Shown: positions 26,156 to 36,456 of the stretch, in pieces
How positions within the stretch are numbered: position 1 is the stretch's first letter
How the letters are laid out: each line of letters opens with the position of its first letter
Assembly: GCA_964636215.1 (NCBI GenBank)
Contig: CAZWRJ010000003.1
Coordinates: 6,743-70,742 of the forward strand
DNA length: 64,000 nucleotides
Direction of reading: 5' to 3'
Source of the DNA: an uncultured Candidatus Saccharibacteria bacterium
GTDB taxonomy: Bacteria; Patescibacteriota; Saccharimonadia; Saccharimonadales; CAZJQT01
Notes under the pieces: model-generated
Seen by the model: only the letters and a program-made list of their open reading frames with translations
What the model was told of the DNA's origin: nothing
Database searches by the model: none
Position numbers and translations under genes: made by a program

Positions 26156-27201
26156 AACGGTTGTGAAACTATTGGCTTAGAGTGTAAGTTTCGGTGATAG
26201 AAATAATACCCCAGTGGTAATTGAGCTAGCATGTTAACAATTCTGTACATGAAAGTTACGGGCAGGCTAACAGCCGCTGGGATACCGCCGGCAGCTAGCA
26301 CGGCAGTCATAAGCCCTTCGTAAATCCCGATACCTCCAGGTAAAACTGATATCAAACCAGCAAAATTGGCCACGGCGTATGCAAGGATCACGGCTCCAGG
26401 GTTTACCCACTGCCCAAAAGCCACGTAAACAGCATAGATTGCTGCTATCTCAGTAAGATTAGCCATAAAAGCAAATACTAGTGGCTTTTTTAGAACCCCA
26501 GGGTTACGACGTATCAGCATATAATTTTCGTGCAGCTCATCAAATGTTTGGCGAGCCGACTCTATGTTGATGGTTTCTGGCTGATGGCGTCTAAACATAT
26601 GAATCAATCGATTTAAAATACGAGTGATTGAGATAAAGAAGACATTTATTCGATGTTTACTGCCTATTACGTAACCAATTATCAGAGTAACAACAAGCAA
26701 CAAAGTAGCTACTACCCCGGATACTAAAATCATTACATCACTGGCCTTGCCGCCAATAGCTAGGGCTAGAAGCCCGGTGAAAAGCAGGACTTGAAAGGAT
26801 ATAAAGATTAATATAAAACGCATCATTTGCACTAAACTGGCTCTGGCTGTTGAAATTTTCTCTCCTTTTAGTCTAATACTTAAATAAGAAAACCCGCTAA
26901 CGCCACCGCTAGGAAATACACTATTTATAAAATTTAGTTCTAGCGAGAGGCGGAACATAGAACGTGTCCGAAAACGCTCGCCAAGAATTCTGAACATACC
27001 CTGATAAAGTTTGCCACCACAATAATGATTAAGTAATTCTAGTGGTACTACTAAAAAAACCAGCCATAAATTGACTTTGGAAAGATTCTCATATGTGTAG
27101 GCAATTTGATCTCTGACGGCATAGATAAGTATGCCAAGGGCGGCGAGCGTAGCGAAAGTCAGAACAGTCTTCCAGCGCCGGCTGCGTAGTTTCTCGGTCA
27201 T
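26152..27201 (-). CDS. flippase-like (UPF0104 / MprF-TM-like) integral membrane protein
   Basis: Eight or more TM helices and basic loops. Confidence 0.55.
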   Translation of the reverse strand: MTEKLRSRRWKTVLTFATLAALGILIYAVRDQIAYTYENLSKVNLWLVFLVVPLELLNHYCGGKLYQGMFRILGERFRTRSMFRLSLELNFINSVFPSGGVSGFSYLSIRLKGEKISTARASLVQMMRFILIFISFQVLLFTGLLALAIGGKASDVMILVSGVVATLLLVVTLIIGYVIGSKHRINVFFISITRILNRLIHMFRRHQPETINIESARQTFDELHENYMLIRRNPGVLKKPLVFAFMANLTEIAAIYAVYVAFGQWVNPGAVILAYAVANFAGLISVLPGGIGIYEGLMTAVLAAGGIPAAVSLPVTFMYRIVNMLAQLPLGYYFYHRNLHSKPIVSQPL

Positions 27202-27231
27202 TTAGCTCTATTATACAGGTATACTAAAAAC

Positions 27232-28425
27232 ATGCAGACGGTTATTATCCTAGGTCGCCAGCCCGAGCTTGGCTTGGCAGAGCTCGAAAGTCTTTATGGA
27301 GCTGAGCGAGTTAAATCTTTCGGACGCTTTGCCGCCGTAGTTGATCATGAGCCCACACAGATTGATTTTGGCCGTCTGGGTGGTGCTGTCAAATTATGTA
27401 AATTATTAACTGAGTTAGACGATACTAAATGGGATGTTTTACATCAATATCTGGAAGAAACAATCCCTAAGCATCTGTCTTCCCTGCCCGAGGGTAAATT
27501 GAGATTGGGTCTAAGTACCTACGGAATAAATGTCAACACGGAACAACTCACTTCCAGCGGGTTAGTACTTAAAAGAATGATCAAAGCAGCTGGTCGTTCG
27601 GTGCGTTATGTGCCTAATACCGGATTAGCGCTAACTAGCGCGCAGATACTTCATAATCAGCTGACTAGTCAGCTAGGTTGGGAATTAGTTTTTGTCAGCG
27701 ACGGCAACAAGACGCTGTTAGCCCAAAATATGTTTGAACAAGACATCGAAGCTTACGGACGACGCGATCAAGCTCGACCCAAGCGCGATGCTCGTGTTGG
27801 TATGCTGCCACCCAAATTGGCCCAGATCATCGTTAATTTAGCCACCGGTCTTTGTGAAATTAGTGAAGCAGCCTGTGGGCCAGGAGAACCTAAGCATAAA
27901 ATCTTACTTGATCCCTTTTGTGGGACAGGTGTTTTACTTCAAGAAGCTTTGCTTATGGGTTATGAAGCCTTGGGTAGTGACCTCGAGCCTAGAATGATTG
28001 AGTACACTGAGGCCAATTTAAAATGGTTAGGCGGAAACTTGCCCAAGTGGAAACTCGAGGCTGGAGACGCCACAGATTTTCAGTGGCCCAGTTTTGATAT
28101 ATTGGCCAGCGAAACTTACTTGGGCCGCCCTTTTTCTTCCCTGCCCCAGACTATTAAATTGGATGAGGTTATCAAGGATGTTGATACTATTCATCGGAAG
28201 TTCCTGAAAAATTTGGCCGGCCAAACTACTTCTGGATTCCGACTGTGCTTGGCCTTGCCAGCTTGGAAGACGCCTCGTGGCTTTATGCACCTGCCAATGC
28301 TTGACCGATTAACAGATATGGGGTATACTCGTGCGGTATTTGTTCACGCTGGTGGTAAAGATTTAATTTATCACCGCGAAGGTCAAATTGTTGGCCGCGA
28401 ACTAGTCGTATTAATCAGGAAATAA
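27232..28425 (+). CDS. putative RNA methyltransferase (Trm11/THUMP-like, class I SAM MTase)
   Basis: LLDPFCGTGVLLQEA is motif I, and the N-terminal domain resembles Trm11. Confidence 0.55.
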   Translation: MQTVIILGRQPELGLAELESLYGAERVKSFGRFAAVVDHEPTQIDFGRLGGAVKLCKLLTELDDTKWDVLHQYLEETIPKHLSSLPEGKLRLGLSTYGINVNTEQLTSSGLVLKRMIKAAGRSVRYVPNTGLALTSAQILHNQLTSQLGWELVFVSDGNKTLLAQNMFEQDIEAYGRRDQARPKRDARVGMLPPKLAQIIVNLATGLCEISEAACGPGEPKHKILLDPFCGTGVLLQEALLMGYEALGSDLEPRMIEYTEANLKWLGGNLPKWKLEAGDATDFQWPSFDILASETYLGRPFSSLPQTIKLDEVIKDVDTIHRKFLKNLAGQTTSGFRLCLALPAWKTPRGFMHLPMLDRLTDMGYTRAVFVHAGGKDLIYHREGQIVGRELVVLIRK

Positions 28426-28426
28426 T

Positions 28427-28699
28427 ATGTCACACGTTAAAGCTGGTGGTTCATCCAAAAACGTTCACGACTCCCCAGGTCAAAGACTGGGAGTCAAACT
28501 TTCTGGTGGCCAAAAAGTTAAGACCGGCCAAGTTATCGTGCGTCAGACTGGTCATACCAAACGAGCTGGCGTGGGTACTTTTACTAGCCGTAACTTTACT
28601 ATCCATGCTGCCAAAGACGGTGTAGTTAAATTTCAAACTCGTAAAGTCCGTCGCTTTACTGGTACTTCAGTTCGCCGAACTGAAGTCATCGTCGAGTAA
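28427..28699 (+). CDS. rpmA: 50S ribosomal protein L27
   Basis: MSHVKAGGSS...RLGVK..GGQ.V..G.VIVRQ.G. Confidence 0.9.
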   Translation: MSHVKAGGSSKNVHDSPGQRLGVKLSGGQKVKTGQVIVRQTGHTKRAGVGTFTSRNFTIHAAKDGVVKFQTRKVRRFTGTSVRRTEVIVE

Positions 28700-28711
28700 T
28701 TTTTATAAATT

Positions 28712-28996
28712 CTAAGCTGCTTCGGTGGGTTCAGCTACATCTATTTCAGCTTGATACTCAATAGGCACTATGGGGGCCTCTTCTGAGATTGGCTCTGGTT
28801 GGTTCGAATTAGTACTAATTTTGGGGGTGGAGCTTGAGTCACTTAGGTCGAGCTCTCGCCAGCCACCGTGGCCTTGTGCCGTTTCACCGCTACCAGCTAA
28901 TCTCAGCACCTTGGCAATTATAGTTGCAACCGCTAGAGCTGTCATTGCTCGCAACGCATATCTGTTATCAATCGGAAGTTTTTTCTCGGGGTTCAT
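28712..28996 (-). CDS. hypothetical small membrane protein
   Basis: A 94-aa ORF with an ATG; a plus-strand ORF overlaps it and it is unclear which one is real. Confidence 0.3.
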   Translation of the reverse strand: MNPEKKLPIDNRYALRAMTALAVATIIAKVLRLAGSGETAQGHGGWRELDLSDSSSTPKISTNSNQPEPISEEAPIVPIEYQAEIDVAEPTEAA

Positions 28997-29043
28997 CTAT
29001 AATCGAATCATGTCATAAACAGCAAAGTCTGTCCAGATGATTG

Positions 29044-29496
29044 TTAGTTTGGATTTTTGTTTTTTGCTTTAAGATATTCTGGCAACCATTTAGGTTCTTG
29101 AATAGTTAGTTTCAATCTGTGTTCGAGTTTGCCGCCTTTGGTAGGCTTTCGAGTAAGAACTAAATAAACAGGCTTCTCGTCACTAAATTTTCCGCTATAG
29201 ACAGATTTGTAGACATCCCCAACACTATTCAATGGCTGGCCTGGTACGTGTTCAGTTAGCCTTTCCCCGGTCCATGTGCCGTGTATAAGTCCGAGCGTTT
29301 GATCAATAACAGACTGTTGTTCTGGATCTAGGTTTTCAGCTTCAATTACAAAGTCTTTACTATTATCCGTTAAGTCGATAGTATTAGGATTCCAAGAAAT
29401 GGGTATCGACATTTCACCTTCATTATTTCTTAAATAAGATACATTATGTGCTAGTTGAAGGTTTGGAGCCGGAATGTCGACTACAGTTTCGCTCAT
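29044..29496 (-). CDS. hypothetical protein
   Basis: 150-aa ORF. Confidence 0.5.
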   Translation of the reverse strand: MSETVVDIPAPNLQLAHNVSYLRNNEGEMSIPISWNPNTIDLTDNSKDFVIEAENLDPEQQSVIDQTLGLIHGTWTGERLTEHVPGQPLNSVGDVYKSVYSGKFSDEKPVYLVLTRKPTKGGKLEHRLKLTIQEPKWLPEYLKAKNKNPN

Positions 29497-29537
29497 AAAT
29501 ATACATTAGCATAATACTGCGCTGGTGTCAATTTTAG

Positions 29538-30071
29538 CTAGATGCCTAGATGCTCTTTTATCTTCTCTACTACGTCAGCGATAACTACTTGTGATTTTAC
29601 CAAGTAATCATCAACTCCCAGATTTTTGGCACGTTCCCTATCACTGTCCTGTCCAAGAGCCGTTAACATAATAATTTTGACATTGGTAGTTTCGGGTGTA
29701 TTCCTGAGAATATCTAGTACATCGAAACCACTGACCTTGGGCATCATTACGTCAAGTAGTATAAGGTCGGGGTGATAAGCAGTTGCAGCTGCTAAGGCAT
29801 CTTCACCGTTAGCAACACGCTTGGTAGTAAAGCCTTCGGCCTGCAGTCTAGTTTCATAAACACTGGCAAGAGAATCATCGTCTTCAACTAGGAGGATTTT
29901 CTTGGCATGACTCCTGATATCGTCGGTCATGGGAACGTCTGGTTGACTAACGGGGTGGGCTTTTTCTTGTTGACTTGATTCAGGTTGAGCCGGTTCCGAA
30001 GGTTGATCTGTAGCAGGTGTTGTCTGTTCAGTATTTGGCTGTGGTGCGGCTGGGTTTGGGTTGTCATCCAT
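29538..30071 (-). CDS. standalone response regulator receiver protein with Pro/Gln-rich N-terminal extension
   Basis: KILLVEDDD...LILLDVMMP...IMLTA...DYLVK; the true start may be the internal M48. Confidence 0.75.
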   Translation of the reverse strand: MDDNPNPAAPQPNTEQTTPATDQPSEPAQPESSQQEKAHPVSQPDVPMTDDIRSHAKKILLVEDDDSLASVYETRLQAEGFTTKRVANGEDALAAATAYHPDLILLDVMMPKVSGFDVLDILRNTPETTNVKIIMLTALGQDSDRERAKNLGVDDYLVKSQVVIADVVEKIKEHLGI

Positions 30072-30086
30072 AGGGCTAATGCTAAC

Positions 30087-31703
30087 TTACTTGGTAGGCT
30101 TTTTCAAGCTAGCGATAATTAGACCATTAAACAATGGATGGGGACGGTTCGGGCGAGATTTCAGTTCCGGATGAAACTGACTGGCCAGAAAGTAAGGATG
30201 GTCTATACCTTCGATAATTTCTACCAATTTACCATCTGGGCTGGTGCCAGCTTCTCTGATCCCCCAAGATCGATACTGGTTTCGGTAGTCGTTATTACAT
30301 TCGTAGCGGTGGCGATGACGTTCTTGAACCAGCTTTTGACTATAAAGTTTAGCGGCTTTACTGTCTTTGGCGATGATACACGGGTAATTTCCAAGTCGCA
30401 TTGTTCCACCAGTGTTTTGCATTCCCTCCTGTCCCGACATAGTATTTATGACTTTGTAAGAACTCTTGGGATCAAGTTCACCACTAGTAGCTTGGGTTAG
30501 ACCAGCATTTCTGGCAGCAGCAATTACGCCCATTTGAAGTCCCAGACAAAGCCCAAGATAAGGAATTTTTTGCCGTAGTGCATACTGGGCTGCCTTAATC
30601 TTGCCCTCAAGTCCCCTGGTACCGAAACCACCAGGCACCACGATAGCGTGGCAACCAGTCAGTTCTTTGGCAATATTTACTTTCGATTTTTCTAATTTCT
30701 CAGCATCAATCCAGCGAATTTGTACCCGGGAATCGTTCCACCAGGCGGCCGATTTTAGGGCTTCAAATACAGACATATAGGTGTCTTGGTTATCCAGGTA
30801 TTTTGCCACCAATCCAATAGTAATTTCTGGTTTATGGTTAGCGGTGGCTCGTTTTACTACTTCTCGCCAACTTTTTAAGGCAGGTTTGGAGATTTTAAGA
30901 TTCAAGTGTCTAGCTATAACTTCAGTGATACCAGTATCTTCTAATTCAAGCGGTACTTCATAAATACTGCTAGCGTTAGGCAGTAGCGCGATAGCTTCCG
31001 GTTCAACGCCCGTAAACATGCTTAGTTTAGTCTTGACACTACTCGGCGCTGGTTGTTCGCTGCGTACCACGAGAACGTTTGGGATAATCCCCAAGCCTCT
31101 AAGCTCGCGGACAGAATTTTGGGCTGGTTTAGTCTTAAACTCTTGGCTGGCACCAAGGTATGGCATATAAACAACATGTACGTATAAACAGTTTTCCTGG
31201 CCAACGGTTTGGCCCAATTCCCTGATTGCCTCTATGAAACTCAGTGATTCATAGTCTCCTACGGTACCACCAATTTCCACAATGTGAACGTCAAAATCCT
31301 TACCAGCTTCAATAATGTACTCTTGGATAGCAGCTGTTAAGTGTGGAATGATCTGGACGTCTTCCCCAGCGTACTTTCCGGCTCTTTCGTCTTGAATAAC
31401 TCTTAATAGCACTCGCCCACTCATTAGGCTGCTACTCTGAGTTAATTCTTCGTCTAAGAATCTTTCGTAGTGACCCAGGTCGAGATCAGTTTCAGCTCCG
31501 TCGCGAGTTACAAAACACTCTCCATGTTCACGAGGATTTAGAGTACCAGCGTCAACATTAAGATAAGGATCACATTTCTGAAGATTAACTTTGAGTTTGC
31601 GAGCTTTTAAAAGATTGCCTATGGAAGCGGCCGTTATGCCCTTCCCGACACCCGATATGACACCACCTGTAATAAATATGTATTTTGTCTGACGTTTTGG
31701 CAC
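30087..31703 (-). CDS. pyrG: CTP synthase
   Basis: An N-terminal synthase domain and a GATase domain; GTG start. Confidence 0.95.
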   Translation of the reverse strand: MPKRQTKYIFITGGVISGVGKGITAASIGNLLKARKLKVNLQKCDPYLNVDAGTLNPREHGECFVTRDGAETDLDLGHYERFLDEELTQSSSLMSGRVLLRVIQDERAGKYAGEDVQIIPHLTAAIQEYIIEAGKDFDVHIVEIGGTVGDYESLSFIEAIRELGQTVGQENCLYVHVVYMPYLGASQEFKTKPAQNSVRELRGLGIIPNVLVVRSEQPAPSSVKTKLSMFTGVEPEAIALLPNASSIYEVPLELEDTGITEVIARHLNLKISKPALKSWREVVKRATANHKPEITIGLVAKYLDNQDTYMSVFEALKSAAWWNDSRVQIRWIDAEKLEKSKVNIAKELTGCHAIVVPGGFGTRGLEGKIKAAQYALRQKIPYLGLCLGLQMGVIAAARNAGLTQATSGELDPKSSYKVINTMSGQEGMQNTGGTMRLGNYPCIIAKDSKAAKLYSQKLVQERHRHRYECNNDYRNQYRSWGIREAGTSPDGKLVEIIEGIDHPYFLASQFHPELKSRPNRPHPLFNGLIIASLKKPTK

Positions 31704-31772
31704 GTCCTGCTACCCTTCGCTTATAGGTAGAATACTACCTTAATATAGCTTTAGGGCGCAAGCTTGGAAATA

Positions 31773-32984
31773 TTACTTACTCAAGATGGCTTGAGCGGCA
31801 GATAACTGTGGATCGTGACCAGCCTTAATATCTGCGTCACTCAATTTAACTTCTTTGTCCGGGGTAATTCCTTGTTTGTCGATGTTTTGTCCAGCGGGCG
31901 TATACCACCTGGCAATAGTTACTTTCAAAATCCCACCGTCCATAAAGCTTTCCAGCTGTTGCACACTACCTTTACCAAAACTTTTAATCCCAAGTAGTTT
32001 GGCCACATTGTTGTCGTGAAGTGCCCCGGCGGTGATTTCTGAAGCTGAGGCGCTACCTTCATTAATTAAGACCACCGTTGGTATACCCAATAGAGTTGGT
32101 GTCCCAGATGATTTGTAAGTCTTAATCACTGTATCACCGCGCTTTTCTTGCAAGACAGTTTGCCCTGGCTTAAGCCACTCACTACTGACTGATACAGCAG
32201 CATCCAGTAGCCCACCCGGATCGTTCCGAAGATCTAAAATTACCCCTTTGACACCGGCTTTTTTAAAGTCATTGGCAGCTGCTTCAGTAAGTTTAGCGGT
32301 GTCTTCGGCAAAACGGCTGATTTGAATATAACCAATGTTACCTTTTAATATTTTGCTATTTACGCTTGGAACAGTAATTTGTTCCCTTGTTATAGAGAAA
32401 TCTAACTGTTTTGTCTTGTCACGAATAACTTTAAGTTTAACAACGCTGCCTTTTGGCCCGCGGATTTTAGTTACAACTTCACTGACAGATTGGCCACTGA
32501 CAGATTGGCCATCAACCTCTAGAATAATATCTCCTGCTTTTAGTCCTGCCTTAGCTGCCGGGAATCCAATTAATGGTGAAATAATTACAGTGTTACCCTC
32601 AGCATCTTTACCTAGTTCCGCTCCAATGCCTTCGAATGTTCCGTTCAACTGACTATTAAAGTCATTGGCAGCCTGGGCATTTAGATACTCCGTGTAGGTA
32701 TCACCTGCGGCCGCAACTAGGCCTGACTTGAGCCCATCTAGTAATTTTTGTTGATCTAGCTGTCCGTCGTAATCATTCCTTAATGTGTCGTAAACCTGTT
32801 CAACCGAAGAGTAATCGAGATTAGCTGGGGCGGATTTTTGCACGCTTTTACGAAATAACTGATCTTTAGATAGAATAATGTGACCACTGCCAATTGCCCA
32901 ACCGCTCAAGAAAATCAAGCTGGCAACTAACGCATAACTACTAGCTCTAATAACTGAAAATTTCTTAGAAATTCTATCGGCCAC
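31773..32984 (-). CDS. S41 family C-terminal processing peptidase (PDZ)
   Basis: A PDZ domain (GLKAGDIILEVDG) and INEGSASASE; GTG start preceded by GGAGGG. Confidence 0.85.
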   Translation of the reverse strand: MADRISKKFSVIRASSYALVASLIFLSGWAIGSGHIILSKDQLFRKSVQKSAPANLDYSSVEQVYDTLRNDYDGQLDQQKLLDGLKSGLVAAAGDTYTEYLNAQAANDFNSQLNGTFEGIGAELGKDAEGNTVIISPLIGFPAAKAGLKAGDIILEVDGQSVSGQSVSEVVTKIRGPKGSVVKLKVIRDKTKQLDFSITREQITVPSVNSKILKGNIGYIQISRFAEDTAKLTEAAANDFKKAGVKGVILDLRNDPGGLLDAAVSVSSEWLKPGQTVLQEKRGDTVIKTYKSSGTPTLLGIPTVVLINEGSASASEITAGALHDNNVAKLLGIKSFGKGSVQQLESFMDGGILKVTIARWYTPAGQNIDKQGITPDKEVKLSDADIKAGHDPQLSAAQAILSK

Positions 32985-33042
32985 TTTCCCTCCTGGCTCA
33001 AAATTGTCTCATCCATTATGGCACACATGTTATGCTTAGCGT

Positions 33043-33456
33043 ATGCGAATTGGTGTTGTTGGGAGTATGCACTACACCGAAAAAATGCTTGCTTTGGAGG
33101 ATAAACTAAACGAGCTTGGACATGATGCTTTCGTGACTACTTTAGCTTCGCCTTTTGTCGGCAAAACTGATGAACAAAAAGAAAAGATTAAGCTAGAACA
33201 AAAGTTCCATAAAGATGCTATTCGTGAGTTTTGGCGAATGATGCAAGGAGCAGACGCTATCCTGGTAGCTAACTATGATAAGCATGGCATCAAAAATTAT
33301 ATTGGCGGTAATACACTTATGGAGATCGGCTTTGCCCACGTATTAGATCAGAAAGTTTATCTACTCAATCCTGTACCTGACATTCCGTTCTATAAGTCAG
33401 AGATCGAAGCCACTCAACCTATCGTCTTGCATGGTGACCTTTCTAAAATAGTCTAA
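33043..33456 (+). CDS. nucleoside 2-deoxyribosyltransferase-like protein
   Basis: ADAILV...GGNTLMEIGFAH pattern; 137 aa. Confidence 0.5.
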   Translation: MRIGVVGSMHYTEKMLALEDKLNELGHDAFVTTLASPFVGKTDEQKEKIKLEQKFHKDAIREFWRMMQGADAILVANYDKHGIKNYIGGNTLMEIGFAHVLDQKVYLLNPVPDIPFYKSEIEATQPIVLHGDLSKIV

Positions 33457-33536
33457 GGGAAAAAGAGCAACCAGAGCGGTAATTCACTTGACCGCCCTGC
33501 GTGACGATAAAAACCGTAGGTTTATCTCAGTTATCG

Positions 33537-34688
33537 CTAAAAATGAATGAAGTACAGATTACCAGCGCTACGGGTGTTTACGGAATAGGTACCATCTAAG
33601 AATTGGTTATATTGACTAACCAGCACTGTTCCATCACTATTAACTGCTTCTACATACATGGCGTGACCATAATAACCGGCAGTGCTAATAGCGACATCAC
33701 CAACCCTAGCGTGACCGCCATAGTCCATGGGGATACCTGACCGTCTAGCGTTACCTGGCCACTGGTTGGCATTGCCGACCCCGCCCCAGTAAGGCATAAA
33801 TCGTCCACTTAGAGCTACCTTAAAAGCTGCAAAACTGACACATTCTCGGTTGAACATTCCCCAACTGTCAATAATAGAATCTTGAGGAGCGTAAGCCCAA
33901 CCGTGTGGGTAACCACCGCCGCCAGGTACACCCTTGGTCATTCCACCAAGAATGCCCTTCATGTTCTCGATAAGTTGTTGGGTGCGCAATTTTGTGATTT
34001 CGGCGTTGTTCTTTGTAAATTGCTGGTTAAGAGCAGCTCTTTGGCTTTCGTTCAAGTTAAGCAAATGATTAACTTCGGCCTGTTGATCGTCAAGCTGGTT
34101 CTGCATATTTTTTTGGTCGGTGATCAGATCTTTTAGAGTATCATTTTCGGCTTTCAACTTAGCTTTTAAGGTAGTGATCTTGTCTAAGGTATCTTTGATT
34201 TTTTGCTCAACCGCGCTGCGGTATTCTTGTTTATCTAAGAAGTCGCTTAGGTTCTTGCTAGAAGCTAACATTTCTAAGGTACTTATCTGGCCTTCGACAT
34301 ACATAGCCCGTATATTTTCACCGAGCAAAGCTTTTTGCTTATCCAGTTCTTTTTGGGCAATGGCGATTTGTTTTTCCAATTTTTGGCTTTTTTGGCTATT
34401 GGCATCAATCTGTCGTTGCAAATTATCGATCTGTTGTTGTAACTTGTTAATCTTGTCCTGTAAGCTACTAGCTTCTACGCTCAAACTATCTTGCTTGTGT
34501 TGGATGGTTGAATTTTCACCTTGAAGTTGATTTATTTGGGCATCAAACCGGTCAGCCATAGCTAGTGGTGAAATAACAAATCCAACGCTCATTACACCGG
34601 TCAGCGCTAATAAGGCCATAGAGTTACCAAGGCGAATAAGACGTTTAGTTTGAACTGATTTTTGTTTTTTCATGAACAGTTTGATCAT
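33537..34688 (-). CDS. PcsB-like secreted coiled-coil / CHAP-domain peptidoglycan hydrolase
   Basis: A signal peptide and a long coiled coil lead to a C-terminal CHAP domain (C...GDVAI...GHAMYVE). The ATG at 34688 is preceded by AAGGGG; the track start is a TTG. Confidence 0.75.
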   Translation of the reverse strand: MIKLFMKKQKSVQTKRLIRLGNSMALLALTGVMSVGFVISPLAMADRFDAQINQLQGENSTIQHKQDSLSVEASSLQDKINKLQQQIDNLQRQIDANSQKSQKLEKQIAIAQKELDKQKALLGENIRAMYVEGQISTLEMLASSKNLSDFLDKQEYRSAVEQKIKDTLDKITTLKAKLKAENDTLKDLITDQKNMQNQLDDQQAEVNHLLNLNESQRAALNQQFTKNNAEITKLRTQQLIENMKGILGGMTKGVPGGGGYPHGWAYAPQDSIIDSWGMFNRECVSFAAFKVALSGRFMPYWGGVGNANQWPGNARRSGIPMDYGGHARVGDVAISTAGYYGHAMYVEAVNSDGTVLVSQYNQFLDGTYSVNTRSAGNLYFIHF

Positions 34689-34796
34689 ACCATACCCCTT
34701 ACCCTTTTTCAACTTTTATGATGTAGTCTGAAGAGCTACAAAACAAACCCTCGTTTTAGGTTATCTGTTTAATCGATTATTTGAAGCTTGTTTGAT

Positions 34797-35741
34797 TTAC
34801 TTAGAAGTTTTGAATTTGAGATAGCGCCGTGTGGCTACGACTGACGATACGGCACCAATTAGTATACCAATGGTAAGCTGCGATAGCAAAATCAACCAAA
34901 AGTTATCTTTCAGATAATCACTAGCAAATCCGATGTCGAGTAGGCCTAGGCTGGTGGCATTAAAAGCCGAAGCTGCCACCGCAAACAGCGTGTTACATAG
35001 AACGATAGATAAGACCGCTGAAATAATGCCATAAATTATGGCTTCAACAACGAAAGGCCCACGAATAAACCAACTGCTGGCGCCTAGTAATCTCATAATG
35101 GTTAGCTCATCACGGCGATTGAAAACGGCCATCCGAATAGTATTAAAGATAATTAGCATGGATACGGTGGCAAATATAAAAACACCAACTAGTCCTGCTT
35201 CACGTAAGAATTTGGTAGCCTTACTAATTTTATCGACTGCCGTTTTTCGATCACCGCTATAATTTGTTTCATCGGACTGAAGTGCCACAATATCTGGTTT
35301 GTCTAAATAAGCCTTGAGTTCATCAAGTTTATTGGGGTCTTTGGGTTTAATTCTAATGGTCGCCGGCAATGGGTTGTCGGTTTGGGAAATAGCCACAAGC
35401 AAATCAAGATTATTCTGATTTTGTTCTTTATATATCTCCAGAGCATCGTCTTTTGATAGATAAGTAACTTCCTTGGTATTAGGTAGTTGCTTTAGTTCAT
35501 TAAGTAAATTATCGCGCTGGGCTTCAGTTACACTATCTTTCAAATAAACCGACACATCGATTCGATCAGTAATTTGTTGAACAGTGTTCCCGAATGTGGC
35601 GTTAGCAATAACCGAGAATAAAATAATTGATAGGGTTATTAACATTACAGCCATAGCAGCAATAGCAAGAGTGGCGTTCCGCAAAAAATTTTGGGTACCA
35701 GTACGAATAATTCGGCCTAGGGTAATTAGCTGGTGCCTCAT
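34797..35741 (-). CDS. ftsX: cell division permease FtsX
   Basis: Four TM helices with a large periplasmic loop, immediately adjacent to ftsE. Confidence 0.85.
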   Translation of the reverse strand: MRHQLITLGRIIRTGTQNFLRNATLAIAAMAVMLITLSIILFSVIANATFGNTVQQITDRIDVSVYLKDSVTEAQRDNLLNELKQLPNTKEVTYLSKDDALEIYKEQNQNNLDLLVAISQTDNPLPATIRIKPKDPNKLDELKAYLDKPDIVALQSDETNYSGDRKTAVDKISKATKFLREAGLVGVFIFATVSMLIIFNTIRMAVFNRRDELTIMRLLGASSWFIRGPFVVEAIIYGIISAVLSIVLCNTLFAVAASAFNATSLGLLDIGFASDYLKDNFWLILLSQLTIGILIGAVSSVVATRRYLKFKTSK

Positions 35742-36433
35742 TTGACTATGCCTTTGTGGTCATAATCGGCATTGGCTCGGTCGTTGACCACTCTTCCATC
35801 TCTTAGGGTAATCACTCGTCTTTTCAGACGATTTACTATTTCTTGGTTGTGAGTGGTGAGTAATACGGTGGTGCCAAAGCGATTAATTTTTTCCAAAACC
35901 TTTATAACATCCCAAGCGTGTTTGGGATCTAGATTACCGGTAGGCTCATCGGCAATTAATATCTTTGGTTGACGAACAATTGCTCTGGCAATCGCCACCC
36001 TTTGACGCTCACCACCGGACAATTCAAGGGGCATGCGTTTTTCCTTGCCCTTAAGACCAACAATGTCCAGAACCTTGGGAACCGTATGTTTAATCTCACC
36101 ATTGCCATAACCAACAATCTCTAATGCGAAAGCAACATTTTCAAAGACATTTTTATTAGGTAACAGTTTAAAGTCCTGGAAAACTACGCCGATTTTGCGT
36201 CTCAGAAGTGGTATGTCTTTGTCTTTTAATTTGTCATAATCAATGCCACCAACTACAATCTTACCGCTAGTTTGACGTTCCTCGCGAGTTAATAATTTGA
36301 GCAGGGTGCTCTTGCCTGCTCCGCTAGTACCAATAATAATAACGAACTCTTTCGGCTCAACATGCAGACTAACGCGGTCAAGAGCTGTAGCGCTACGATT
36401 ATAAACTTTTGTTACCCGGTCCAGTAAAATCAC
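35738..36433 (-). CDS. ftsE: cell division ATP-binding protein FtsE
   Basis: ABC ATPase with Walker A GTSGAGKST. Confidence 0.9.
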   Translation of the reverse strand: MILLDRVTKVYNRSATALDRVSLHVEPKEFVIIIGTSGAGKSTLLKLLTREERQTSGKIVVGGIDYDKLKDKDIPLLRRKIGVVFQDFKLLPNKNVFENVAFALEIVGYGNGEIKHTVPKVLDIVGLKGKEKRMPLELSGGERQRVAIARAIVRQPKILIADEPTGNLDPKHAWDVIKVLEKINRFGTTVLLTTHNQEIVNRLKRRVITLRDGRVVNDRANADYDHKGIVK

Positions 36434-36456
36434 TAGACGTATTATAGCAAAGCGCT

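Noticed and set aside
28795-28815. tRNA suggested by GGTTCGAATT
   Set aside because: No complementary T-stem or acceptor-stem partners are present, and it lies inside an ORF.
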